From Cyanophora paradoxa CCMP329 (lineage: Eukaryota; Plantae; Glaucophyta): 64,000 nucleotides of DNA. Positions 30,135 to 43,281 of this stretch are shown in pieces (the first letter of the stretch is position 1; each line of letters begins with the position of its first letter). The DNA lies in the NCBI GenBank assembly GCA_004431415.1, contig QPMI01000011.1:1-64000 (forward strand), read 5' to 3'. A model generated the notes under the pieces. That model was not told the DNA's origin, did not search any database, and saw only the letters and a list, made by a program, of their open reading frames with translations. The translations under genes were made by a program, and so were the position numbers.

Positions 30135-33100
30135 CTACTCGTCGTCCTCCTGCCCAATACCTGCGCACGTGCACCCCGAGCGCGTTAGGGCTGCGGTGGA
30201 TCCGGAGGCCCCACGCCGCGCCGCGCCGCGCCGCGCTGCGGCGTCGAAATCGAACTGAGGCGCGCCTACGAAGTAGTGGTGCAGATGGGTACACTTGAGG
30301 ACGACGTCCCTCGGAATCATTTTCCTGCGCGGGGGCGGGCGGGCGGGCGGGCGGGTGTAAGGCGAGCTCGAAGCGCGACGGCCGTGGATCAATATATATC
30401 GGATCGGTCGGATTGATTGGAGGATCGATTGGGGAGAGGGGCTGGGGGGCGGGCGGGCGGGCGCACAGGATCTGGCCGGCGCGCCCCGTCTCCTCGCCGA
30501 GGCGGGCGAGCATGGGGGCGAAGAGGTAGACGTAGAGCCCGAGGAGGAAGACCACCACAAAGACCAGGATCAAGGCCTGGCGTGCGGGGCGTTAGACTTC
30601 GACTCGGGGTAAATAGCCGTGCAGTGCTAACGTGATCTATAGCTAATTATATAAGGCCTATAGCTAACGCCCCACACGCGCCCGAAGACCAGGATCAAGG
30701 CCTGGCGTGCGTGCGCGTGCGGGGCGTTAGCTAAAGCTCCGATTTGGGTGTTAGGTGGGTGGCCCATGGTTAGCCGTGCATATGCAGTTGATTTTCGCAT
30801 GAAAGCTCGGGTAGTTAGGTTTGTTGGGCGCGAGGCAGTCGGGCGGGCTCAAGGCGGGGCGGGGCGGGGCGGGCCGGGGTGGGGCGGGGCGAGACCGAGC
30901 TGAGGTAAGCTGAGATCTAGGTTAGAGGGGCGATCGCGGCTCGCCTCCATCACATTAGGTTCCGATTTCGGTGTTAGGTAGCTTTAGGTGGTTATAATTA
31001 GCCGTGCAGTTGGTTTTTGCATATTTAAAATGAAAGATCTCATTTTATATCGGTCCCGGATTAGCTTTTTAGATAGGGAGCTCAGATCTAGATCTAGAGG
31101 GGCGGCCGGCACTCGCCTCCATGAGCTCGACGACGTTAGGTTCTGATTTCGGTTTAAGGTAGCTATAGGTTGTTGCAATTAATTAGCTATAGGTTGTTGT
31201 TATTGATTAGCTATAAGTTGTTGCAAATTATTATATGTAAATAGCCGGCGCTCGCCTCCATGAGCTCGACGACGGCCATGCTGGCCTGGCTCTCGGCGAT
31301 GATCGCCAGCGCCGCCTGCGCCAGCCCGTCGTCCAGGTCCCCGTCGTCGATCTGCGAACGAAGGTGATATAATTAGGCCGGGCCGGGTCGGGGCGATTGC
31401 GGGCGAGCGCGAGCGGGTGGAATTCAAAGCTCGCTCGCTCGCCTCCATGAGGGCCGTCAGCTTCTCCGAGTTGAGGCGCTCGTAGTTGCGCCGCTGCACC
31501 GCGCGGCTTAAGCTTAAGCTTCGAATTCGATCCGCGGCGCGCGGCTGAGCGCGCGCGCGGCGCGGCGCACGAAGGCGGCGGCGGTCCTGGGGTCCTCCTT
31601 GCCGGTGAGGAGCAGGTCGGGCGCCGCCTCCTGCATGATCTCGATGACGAGGTCGAGCAGGCCGACGACCAGCGCGTCCAGCCCGTTCACTGCGCGGCGG
31701 GCGGACGGACGGGTGAGCGGACCGGAGCGAGCGAGCGATCGCGAGAGCAGATGTGATTGTCACGGAGAAAAAGGCCTAGGAGAACAGATCTAATAAATCT
31801 CTTTAAAGGCGTAGACGTAGGAGCCTCTAGTTCTGCTTGGAGAAGGTCGCTTATTATAATAAATATTAGAATTCGAAGAAGCGAGCAGAGAGAGCCACAG
31901 AGAGCCAGGGGGGGGGGTGGGGGGGTGGGGGGGGGGGCGGACCGACGAGCTGCATGTCGTTGACGCGGCCGTCGACGCACTTGCTCGCATCGATGCGAAG
32001 GCACTCCGCGTCGTACATCACGTTGTCCAGGGCCTGCCGCAGTGCGCCGTTACGCATGTGAGCCGCGGCTGTGTCTCTGCGGCTTCGGCGCCAGCTGCAG
32101 CGCTGGCGGGCGCGCCTTGTTGCGGCCGTTGGCGCCGTAGACGCGGAGCTCGGGGTCCCCGTACTTGAGCGCCTGGTGCACCTGCTTGAACCTGGCGACA
32201 TCCCGTCAGAATCGGGCGGGGGCGGGGCGGGCGGCGGGCCGGGCGGCTCGGGCGGAGCGCACAGCGCGGCCTTTTGGACGAGACGCTCGTGGACTTCGAA
32301 GCGGGGGAGGAAGAGGTCGTCTGCATGGGCGGCGGGGCGGGGCGGGGCGCGCGTGAGGCCGGCGCCCAAAGGAGGGGCGTGAGGGGTACGATGCATATGG
32401 GCGCCCGGCAGCCCCGGGCCCGGGCCCACCGCGGCGCGCGCGCGCGCGCGCACCGTTGATGTAAAGCTCGCGGGCGTAGAAGGCGAGCTCGCGCGCGATC
32501 GAGCGCCGCTGCCGGCCGGCCGGGCGCGTCGGCGGGAGAAGAGAGGGGAGGTGGAGAAGGGGGGATAGAGGCGCACGCGGCCGCCAAGGTTGATCTCGAT
32601 GGCGAAGTTGCGCCCCGAGCCCAGGATCACGAAGCTGCGCGGAGGGGAGGGGGTTTGGAGGTCAGGGGGGGGAGGGGGGGGGCAGGGAGGGGGGGGGGCG
32701 GGGGCGGCGGGGGGGAGAGGGGGGGGGGCGTCGGCTTGGAGGGCCCGAGGGAAGAGGGGGGGGGGGGGGGGGGCGGTTATAATTAGACACGCCCACGCAG
32801 CGGCGCACCATACGACAAAGTTGACGCTGCAAGCGGGGCGCGGCGGGGCGGGCGCGGCCGAAGTCAGCGCAACGCAGCGGGCGGCGGGCGCACGGGGCGC
32901 GGCGAACTCACATGAAAATACCGGCGATGACGCTGCAGATAGCGCGAGGGCCGGGGGGGCGGGCGGGTCGACGTCAGAGGGGGCAGGGCGGGCAACAGAT
33001 CTGGACAGAGCAGCAGAGCGGAGCGGGGCCGAGGCGAGGCGAGGGGGGCGGGGCGCGCGGACGCACATGAAGGCGACGGTGTACTTGCGGGTGAGGAGCG

Positions 33101-36100
33101 TGAGGATGTCCGGCCCGTGCCCCTCCCCCGCCGCCGCCGCCGCCGCGTCCTTCTTCTTTTTCTTCTCCTTCTCATCCTCCTCCTTCTTCTTCTCCTTGCG
33201 CTCCGCCTTCTCCTTCTTGTGCCGCTTCGACTTCTCCTTCTCGCCCTCCTCCTCGTCGCCGCCGCTCGCCTCGGCGGCCGTGATCATGAGCTTCTCGCCC
33301 GCCTTCTCCTTCTGCGCGGGGGCGGCGCCGGCCGCCTCGAGCTTGAATGCCTGTCCCTGCATAGAGGGACGACGGAGGATGCCCCCGCCGGGGGTGCCGC
33401 CCTGCGCGGCGGAGGCGGCGTTCTGGCGGCGCGGCCCGCCCCGCCCCAGCTGCAGCCGCAGCTTCGGGTCCTCTTCAGAGCCGCTGTCCGATCGCGAGTC
33501 GCGGCCCTTGCCGGCCTTGGGCTTGGAGCCGCCCTCTAGCTTGAACGAGCCGTGGCTCTGGGACGAGTCGTCCTGAAGGAGGGCCAGGATGAGCGGCTGC
33601 CGCCCCGAGCCGCCTGCCTCGTCGCTCCCCGCCGCCGGCTTCCCCGTACCCGACCCCAGCCGCTTCCTGGGGCGCGAAGCGCGCGGCGCCTCGGTCGGGA
33701 TACTAAGGCGAGGAAGGGCGGGGGAGGAGGATAAAAGGGGGGTACGGCGTCTACGCACGTGGAGGAGAGCGCGGAGGCGGGGGGGGAGGGGTCCAGCCGG
33801 CCCTGGAAAAAAAATCAGACACATGCGACGGGAAACAAGCGAAGGAAAGAGAGAGAGAGAGGGGCGCGCCTCGTCGCCCTCGCCCTCGCCGCCAAAGCCG
33901 ACGGCGCTTATGACGACGGCGGCCGGCGCCCCCGGGCCCGTCGAGCTCGAGCTCCGCCCGCTCCCCGCCGCGTCGCTCTGGAGCTGAAGCGCTAGCCGCG
34001 CCTCCCCTGGGGCGGCCAACGACGTCGACGGGACGCGGGGGCCCGTGCTGCTCGCCCGCGATCCGCTGCCGGCGCTCCCGCCGCGCGAGCCGCCGCCGCC
34101 GCCGCCGCCGCGGCGCTCTGCCGCCGATTCGGGGACGGGCGCGAGGGCCGGCGGCGGCGAGACCGGCAGCTCGGCCGCCGCCGCCGCCGCCGCCGCCACG
34201 GGTACCGGTTTCTCGGCCTCCGAGTCGGACGGGGCGGGCGCCTCTTTCTTGCCTGCCTTGCCCCCGCCTTCTTGGGCGAGCTCGAGCGCCCGCGCTTCTC
34301 CCCCCCTTTTTCCTCTTGCTCTTGTCCTGCTTCTTCTTCGCCCGCCGCCCGCGCCCCTCCTCCTCCTCCTCCTCCTCCTCTGCATCCTCATCAGAGGATG
34401 GACCTCTCTTGTGCGAGGCGGAGCGCCGCGCGCGGCGGCGCCGGCCGCGCCCGCGGCCGCCCTCCTCGCCGCTGCTGCAGCCCGAGCCGTCGCTGGCGTC
34501 GCTGCGGCCGCCCTCGGAGTCGGAGGATCCGGAGGAGCCGCCGCGGCCGCGGCCGCCCTCCGGATCCTCCTCCTCCTCCTCCCCGCTGCCCTCCTCGGAG
34601 CCGTCCTGCTGCTGCCGCTTGTGGACCTGTCCCGAGTTCCGAGTTCGATTCCACAAGGCGCGATTAATATTCCAGCGTCCCCGCCCCTTAGCCAGGCGCT
34701 AGTCTTTAGATGTGGCCCGGCGGACGGACCTTTGTGTAGTGCTTGGCGACGCTCTTGAGAAGGGTGCGGGGGATGCCCTCGAGGATGTCCGACGTGCCCC
34801 GCATCGTCACCCGCACCCGCGCGAAGTTGGGCCTGAAGAGGGAGAGGAAGAGCCGTCATTTATAGATACACGCCGAGCCGAGCCGGGGCGGGGCGGGCCG
34901 AGCCTAGCTAGGGCGAGCCCTGCCTCGCACCGGAAGACGAATTCGAAGAGGGCCCCGTACTAGTACTAGTACTGGTACTCCCTCTGGAGCCTAGACCTAG
35001 ACCCTCGTCTCCCTCCTCCCCCTAGAAGATAGGAGGCGCACCGGAAGACGAAGAGGGCCTCGGAGACGAGGGTGAGGACCGAGACGACGCAGATCGCCAG
35101 CAGGACCCTGCCCCAGGGGGGGCGGGGGCCCGGCCTCAGTGGGCGCGGATCGGAGGTGCGGAGGGGAAAACGCGACGTCGCCGGCTACATATATGTATGT
35201 GATTGCAAGCCCGCTCGAGCTCGAGCTCCAGCGCTAGCTCCTAAGGCGATGGCCTAGACCTTAACTAATTATAATCGGGCTGAAAGCGGGCGCACCACTG
35301 GGCCTTGGAGATGACGCCCATGACCTCGTCCTCGTAGATTAGAGCGCCCTCGTTCATCGAGTCCAGGATCCCGAACATCGCTGCCGTTGTCGTCATTGTT
35401 AGTTATGTGTGTTTGAGCGTCGGACAGCTAATTATAAGGGAGCGCGTCGTGTTAAGCTTATTTATAGCAAGCTAAGGGATTATGTGCTTCCCGCACGCGC
35501 GCGCGCGCGCGCTATTTATTCATCGACCACCCTCTCCTGTATGCGCGGCTTCCTTCTTTATATATATTAAACAAGGGAAGTGGCACGCACAGTTCTCGAA
35601 CACGAAGCGAACCTCCTTGTTCGACGAGATCTCTGGAGGAGGGGGGGTAGAGAGAAGGTAAGCTCGAGTAGAATAGAGAAGGGGGCGGGGGAGGGGGGCG
35701 GGGGAGGGGCTACCGCGGAAGTTGTCGAGGGAGGTAAGCGAGATGCGGCGGCAGGCGAGCATAATCGCGTTCCCGGCATCCCTGCACACGCGCGCGCCCC
35801 CATCGTCAGCGTTGGCGGCTCTGGTCTGCCAGGCTGATTTGAAATGGTCGGGGCCTTCCGGGCCGGAGGGGGGGGGGGGGGGGGGGGGGGCGGAAGAAGA
35901 AGGGGGGGGGGTACGCGGCGCACCAAATGGACATGCTCTCCTCGGTCTGGTAGAGGGGCGGGCCGGGGAAGTACTTTCTGATCTTCACGCTGCGGGGCCG
36001 GTCAGCGCGCGGGGCGATCGATATCGATATCGATCTGGCGGGAAGGGGGCTCCGGCCGTGGTCTCAGCGCTAGCGGTGCAAGCTCATAAAAAGAGTCTAG

Positions 36101-39100
36101 GACGGGCGGGCGGGCGGGCGGGCGGGCGCGGGAGGGGAGGGGGGAGGGGCGGGGGGGGGGGGGGGGGGGGGGGGTGCGGGGGGAGGTACCTGGGCTCCTT
36201 CCACCAGTTCACGATGGCCGGGCTCGAGGCCGGTGGCATCCCCAGGTCTGCAGCCGGGCGGCCCCATGCGGCTCGTCAGGCGAGGAAGCTTAAGGGGGCG
36301 GGGGTACGCGGGGTTCGCTCGAATTCGAATTCGAATTCGATCGCGAGAGCGAGAGGGTACGTGTATATATACGCGGCGCGCACCGTCGTAGCCGAAGTAG
36401 AGGCCCCTGTGGTCCTTTGAAAAGTCCCTCGAGCGTATGCCGATCTCCTTGGCCCACTTCGTGAACAGCGCCGTGTCTGGACGCGTACGGATCCGGAGAT
36501 CAACGAGGCAGAGCTAGTGGGGCGGGGCGTGGGGCGGGGCGGGGCATCTATAATTAGCAGTACCTTAGCAACTTTCACTTTTTCCTTATTGGATTCGCTT
36601 TAGATCAGCTTATTTAGGGGCGGCGGGGCGAGGCGGCGGAGGCGGGGCCGGGGCGGGTTCGAATCCGGGCCGGACCGTTGGAGTGGGCGCCGAGGTGCAT
36701 CCAGCGGACCATGTTGTTGACGGCGACGACGCGGCGCCGCTGGTACGAGTTGAAGCGCAGCCGGTCGTTCGCGAACGTAAACTCCCCAAAGAGCAGCTGG
36801 GGGGGGGGGCGAGATCAGGCGGGGGGGGGGGGGGGGGGGGGGGGGCGGGGAGGGTTAGATGTTTAGATCAGGGGGGAGGGGGGGAGAAGGAAGGAGGGGT
36901 ACGGACCTTGACGGCGACGAACATGGCGGTGCCGAGGCCGGCGAGGAGCAGCAGGCCGACGACGACGCCCCAGAAGAGCCGCTTGACCGCCTTCGTCTCG
37001 CTCGCCTGAGGGAAGAGAAAGAAATGATCAGGAGGTTTGAAGAACGAAGCTTTAAAATATATGCGAGGAATGATCGATATCATGGGGCTCAAGATCTAAA
37101 GGCGAGGCTTGCGGGGAGCAAGCTTTTAATCAAGAGCCGCGCCTTGAGGCGGAGCTCCTTGTTGGCGGCCCGCTTCTTGGCGGCCGCCGAGGAGGAGGCC
37201 CCCGACGAGGCCGACTGCGACTCGGAGGCGGACTGCGCGCCCCCCGCGCCGCCGCCGCCGGCCGACTGGCTCTGCGACTGGCTCTGCGACTGCGACGCCG
37301 AGAGCGAGGCCGTCTTGGACTCGTTCTCCTCCACCTCGTCCGCTTTCTGTTAGATCGAGATGAGCCAAGCAAGAAGATCGCAGTGTAATTATAAGGAGGA
37401 GGCGAGCCATGTAGTAGAGCTGGGCGCGGGGCTTGTCGTTCATGCACTGCTCCAGGAAGGCGCCGCTACGCATGCGGGCGCGCGCGAAAAAGTCAGAGCG
37501 GAAGGAGGCGAAAACGTGGGGGGGGAGAGCGCCGGGGGGGTACGCGCGCACTAGGAGCGGAGGAGGATTTTGCTGTTGGAGAAGCCTGCGCACGGGGCGA
37601 GTTAGCTGTAGGGAGAAGTGGGTGGAGGGGGGGGGGGGCCATGGCCAGATCGCCTCGAGGGGAGGGAGGGGGCCAGAGCTGTAGGGAGAAGGGGGCCCGG
37701 GGTGGAGGGGGGGAGGGGAGGGGGGGAGGGGGGCCGGATCTCGTGCGCACGCTTGATGAGTGCGAGGTAAGTCGCCTCGGTCGCCGTCGCCTGCGCCCCG
37801 CCCGCCCGCCCGCCCGCCCGCTCGGCAAAGAATCGGAAGGGCGCGGGGCGGGGAGGGGTGCAGATAGACACTATGATATATAGTAAGATAGGAGGCTTCA
37901 TACTAATAGATAAATAGATAGAAAGGAGGCCGGCCGGGGCGGGGCGGGGCGGGGCGGGGCGGGGCGGACGGCGGCGGCGATGTCGGCGAGCTTGCGGGGT
38001 ACGTCGTCGAGGGCGCCCACCACGTGCAGGTTCTTCTTCGTCAGCTGCGAACGAAGTGAGGGGGGGGGCGGAGGGGAACGGGTACGAGCGAGCGCGGGGG
38101 CGGGGGCGGGATCGGAGGGAACGGGGCGCGCGCGCGCGCACCGCGATCCAGAAGGCGCGGGTGAGCTTCAGAGTTCGAGTGTCTGCGGCGGCGCCCGGCC
38201 CGAACTGAGCAGGGCCGGAGCAATAACAGGAGGCGAGGCGGGGCGAGGCGGGGTCGGAGGAAAGCAGAAGGCGCGCACGGCCCTGGCGGGCGTTCTCGTA
38301 CTGCTTCTTGGCGTCCGCCGAGTTGAAGAGGTCGCTCGCCGCCTGGAGGGGAGTGATTAAAAGTCGGAGGGCGAGCCGGGTACCGGTGCCGCTTGGCGCT
38401 CGAGCTCACCGTACTCTGCCCCGCATTGTAGAGCGCGGTCTGCCGCTCCCAGCTGCGGGCAGTCAGCCAAAATCAGATCGAAATGTTAAGGCAGTCAGCC
38501 AAAATCAGAGGGGCGGACAAGAGGAGGGTGGAGTGGAGCTCGTAGCGAAGGTCCAGGGCCGGCTCGCGGCGCCAGCCGAGCTTGAGCTCCGCGTGCGCCG
38601 CGTTCGCGTTGTTGCAGAAGGCCTGCGGAGAGGTCGGTCGGACGGGGCGGCCTATTTTTAAAAGAGAACCCTCGAAGAAAATAGAGACGACGCTCATGAT
38701 CAAGAGAGGCTAGGCTAGGCTGGGCTGGGCTGGGCCCGCGAGCTGGAGCTTGAGGACCTAGGCTAGGCTAGGCTAGGATCGATATCGGACCTTGAGGAAG
38801 TGGGCGAGCTGGAGCTGCAGGTAGGCCGAGTCCGGGAACTGCTGCACCGCCGAGCGGTACATCGCCTCCGCTTTCTGCGGGGGGGAGTGGGGGGCCCAGA
38901 TCGGACCGGATCGGATCGGATCGGATCGGATCAAATCTATCTAAATCTAGCATATTTATGGTCAAATCTATCTAAATCTAGAATATTTATCTGCGGGGGG
39001 AGTGAGGGGCCCAGATCGGATCGGATCGGATCAAATCTATCTAGAATATATATATATACTAGTGCACGTGAGGGGCGCGCGCACGTTGACGGTTTCGGAG

Positions 39101-41415
39101 CCGGCGTCGCGCTGGAGGAGCAGGCGGACCGCCAGCTCCGCCTCGTACGGGTTCCGGTACTCCTGCGCGAAGGAAAATAAAGGGGAGGGCGTGATCGTGA
39201 GAGCGGCGCGCAGCAAATTAAATATATTTAAAGGGGCCGGACCACGGAGAGGGGGTCGGGCCCGCTGCCGGCGCGGCGGAGGAGCCAGTAGCGGACGTGG
39301 ACGACGCCGACGCCGACGGCGAAGGCGAGGGGGGCCAGGGCGAGCGAGACGGCCGAGCCGAGGGCCCGCGCCGGCTCGCCCGGCCGCCCCACCGACGTCA
39401 GCGCGCACGACGCCAGCGCCAGGAGCGACGCCGCAGAGAGCATGCCGCCCCGCTGCGCGGACGGATGAGAACGAAGAGGGGGAGCAGGATGGAGCGGGGG
39501 GGGTACCGCGTAGTTGAAGAAGGAGCGGTAGGAGGGGAGGAGGATGATGAGGAGGTAGAGGGAGCCGGCGGAGCAGGCGAGGAGGATCAGAGAGGCGATC
39601 GTGGATTCGTTAGGCACGACGACCGCCACCGCCACCGCCGCCACGCGCGCGAGCGTGTACGGGCCGTGGAACCTGCTCATAATCATATGATTAGCCTGGG
39701 CCGCGGAAACCTGCTCGAGCTCATATGATCAGCGGCGGGGGATGCAGCGCACCGGCCGTGCGGGCGGGACTCGTAGTCGGGGCATCCCTTCGGCGCCAAA
39801 CCGAACGAACGAACGTCAATTGCAAGCGCGCGGGCCACAGCCGGCGCCATATGCATGCATATGGCCATCCGCTCGGCTCCGAGGGGCGCCGGCGCACGAT
39901 GTGGTTGTGCCGGAAGAGGAAGAAGAGCGGGACGGCGACCCCCAAGAGAAGCGCCAGGCAGCCGCCCGAGATCGCAGCGTAGACGGTCTAAACGATCGCG
40001 AGGCGGAGGCGGCGCCGGCGGCGGCGCCGGCGGCGGCAGGTCAGCCGGGCCGGGCGGGGGCGGGGGCGGGGCGGGGCGGGGCGGGGGCGGGGCGGGGCGC
40101 GCCCACTGGAGGTCCAGGCAGACGAAGAGGCCCGCGGAGCCGCTCGCCCCCGGCAGGAAGTCGTCCTGCGATTGCGAACGAAGTCGCGATCGGTACAGCT
40201 CCTCCTAGGAGCTCGCACGCACACACACACCTGGCCGCACGCGAAGACCGAAGCGAAGAGCTTCAGGCAGGGGACCTGCCCCGGCCCGGCGCGCGCTCAG
40301 CGGCTTAAGCTTTAATTTCCGGATCCATAACAACTGTTTGATTCTTGTTTATAAAGGCTCCTTATTCTTTAAGAAATTTTAATAGTTCCGCTTAATTGTA
40401 CATGTAAGCTTTCAGCGGCGCGGCCGGCCCAGGCCTAGGCCTGACGACGGCAGCAGGGGCCGGGGTGAACGTTGCCGCCGAAAGATGCGCACGAAGAGGC
40501 CGTAGAGGACGGCCCGGGTTGCGATCGAGAACCAGATCTGGACCTCCCGCCCCTTGTTCCGCCGCTGCGGATCCGGGGAGCGTGAGGCGGGGCGGGCCCG
40601 GGGGCGGCGCCGGCTGCAGGCGCGAGGGACCGAGAGAACAGATCTTAGAGCTCAAGATCGAGCGCACCTGACGGTACAGGTAGTACAGGAAAGAGACCGC
40701 CGAGAAGACTATGAGCACGAAGTACGCCCAAAAGACTCGCTGCAGCGAAATTAAACGAGGCGCGGCGTGCGCGTCGCGGCGCCGGCGCGGCGATCGCGAG
40801 CGGAGCGCTAGCTACAGCGGGCCGGGGGGCCGGGGGGGCCGGGGGGGGGGGGGGGGGGGGGGCGTGTGTGTGTGTGTGTGTGGGGGGGGGGGGGGGGCGA
40901 ACGTTGTAGGACTCCCACGAGTGCTGCGTGAAGAGGATGTGGAGGTCGATGATGCCAAGCAGCCCCTTGGTGGTCTGCGGGTCGAAGCCTGCGAAGCCGC
41001 GCGCGCTCGCCGGCCGCGGGCGGGGGCGAGGGGCAGGGCAGGGGCGGCGGGAGTTCGAACCCGACGTGCGCCCGATCACGAGCGAGATGAACTGGATCCC
41101 GTCCACGATCGCCCACAGAACAGCAAGGACCTGCTCCCTCCGGTTCTGCGAGCGGCGCGCGCGCCCGGCGCCGGCCCGGCTCGGACGTTTAATGGTTGAC
41201 GTTGCAATTGCGGGCTGCGCGCGGCGGCGCGGGCCGCACCTTGTACTTCTTTGTGGTGATTTCGGTGAGCCCCTGCTGCAAGCTGAACACGAAGCGCCAT
41301 AACTGCCGACGGAAGGCGCGCTGTCAGAAGACGAAATAGTATTCCGGCGACATACTATGATAGTACTCCGGCGGCACCTTGTCCTCTTTCTGCAGGCAAG
41401 AGCGCGCGCCATCAT
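30135..41415 (-). CDS. Large multi-exon TmcB/TmcC-like (tiny macrocysts) membrane protein
   Basis: N-terminal TM block (VLWAIVDGIQFISLV...), TPR-like AEAMYRSAVQQFPDSAYLQLQLAHFL, EPALDLRY, low-complexity linkers, INLGGRVR, HQALKYGD, NGLDALV and C-terminal LYVYLFAPMLARL...MIPRDVV. Confidence 0.7.
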
Positions 41416-43281
41416 GCCGGCGATTAGAAACGCAGAATCATTGAACGATGGGTGCCACGAACCCGGCTGATGCCGCCCTCGACCTGCATGGCTTTCGAGG
41501 CATCCGCAGCCGTTGCCATCTTAACTTGCCACGCCCGCGCGCCGCCCCCGGGCGCGGCCAGTCAGGAGCTGAGTGCCGCAGTGCTTGGAAGTTCGGAAAG
41601 CTGCACGAGCCAGCTGATGCAGGCCGCGCATGCGCAGCTATGCTATGATAGTCACGTAGTAGTTGCGGCCTTATACGTGCGTACTACGTATACGGTATAC
41701 CGGCCGGCGCGGCCGCGGCCGCGCGCAGATTTCGAACGAGCTTCGCGGCCTTCGCCTGCTTCTTTAAAATTTGGGCCTGCTTCGAACGAGCTTCGCCTGA
41801 GCTCCGCCGGCTTCAGGCTTTAAGCTTTGCGCCGCAACGTCAACTTGCATGCCATGATGCGCGTTGCACGGTACGGTGGCACCGTGGCACCTCGCGATCG
41901 TGCAACGACGTGCATGCACTACCGTAGTACGGCATGCGCGCGGCGCGCGCGCGGCGCGCGCTGCAGGCTGCAGCTGCTGGCACAGCTGGCGCGTGCATCA
42001 TGGAAAATATATATATATATATGACAAGCGAGTCCCTGCGGAGCAGGAGTGGCCTTGGGTCTTGGGGACTCAAGGCGTGAGGGTGGCCGCTCTTTGTTTT
42101 TAGAACGCGTACGGGGGCCCGCAACCGCGCGCGGTTATTACTAGTATATATATTTACTGCTGCAGCTGTTGAGCCCGGAGAGGACTACCGTAGTACGCGG
42201 CTGTACGCCGCCTAGTAGCCTAGTAGCTTCTAGCCTAGTAGCTTGGTCTAGCTAGCGCCAGCGATTCGTGCCGGCGCCACGGTGCGCCACTGCGCCACGC
42301 CGCGCGCGCCGCGCGCGTGGCGGTCTCGTACCGAGTCGATCGTACGCGTATATCGATATCAGCTGCAGTGACTCTGAGCTGAGCGAAGCGACGCGTGACG
42401 CGCGCGGCTCGGTCACGTGCACGGCCGCGGTGACTCCAGCCTACCAGCCGGGTACAGAGGCTTTTTGCAATTTCCATCGGCGAAGGGGAAGCAAGCTGGA
42501 AGCCAATGATATTTGCGCTTGTCCGTGAATGGGGCGATTGAGCTTTTTGGCCAATGGCGATCGGGCTTCACGCGAACAATTTCGTTCGTACGTGCTGTTA
42601 GTGCTTGTTAGAGGTGTCACATTTGAAAAGTAGCGCCGCCATCGTGCTCCCTAGGGTCGAAAATGGGTACCTAGGTCCAAAAATTTTGTCTATAAAATCA
42701 AGTTGAAGTTTGACACAAGATAGGCACAGACCTAAGGGCCTCTCCTTTCCCCAAGGCCGATATCATGGGATTGATGGCCGGCAATGGCCCATTGGCAATG
42801 ATCCGTGTGGCATCCTGCAAATTTTTAGAACACGCATGCTCACTGCAATTTAAATTTAATGCATGGATCCGGTACCGTACGGTCCGTACCGGACCGTACG
42901 GTACCGTACCGGCGCCGGTCCGGCGGTCCCGTTCATCCCGTTCATACCAGTACGTATACGTGCAGCTGGACCGGAGCTCGAACGTCACGTGACTCATGCA
43001 CGTCACGAGTACGACCGGTCGGTACCGGTTCCAACTTACCGCCGTTATGTAACGTTTTTAGCCCTATGGGCCTAGGAGCTGGCGGGTACCGCAGAACGGC
43101 TGTACCCCAATTCTGCGCGGCCGGGTACTGCGGCAGATAGACCTAAACCCTCTTTACCAAACCCGAACCTAGCTATAGCCCGGCAAGCTGTGCCAGCTTG
43201 TTAGCACGCGTTTGCAGTGGAGAATAGGATCGTGGGCGCCCCGCCGGCAACGCACGCCCCGCAGCGCTCAGCACGCGTCTC

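Noticed and set aside
31866-34859. 997-aa single-exon ORF, and the many other long Arg/Pro/Gly/Ala-rich ORFs in 20071-64000
   Set aside because: These arise from stop-codon scarcity at very high GC and read-through of short introns; only parts are true exons.
43141-43172. Interstitial telomeric repeat (CCTAAACCC-like)
   Set aside because: Only one or two degenerate units; not an array.
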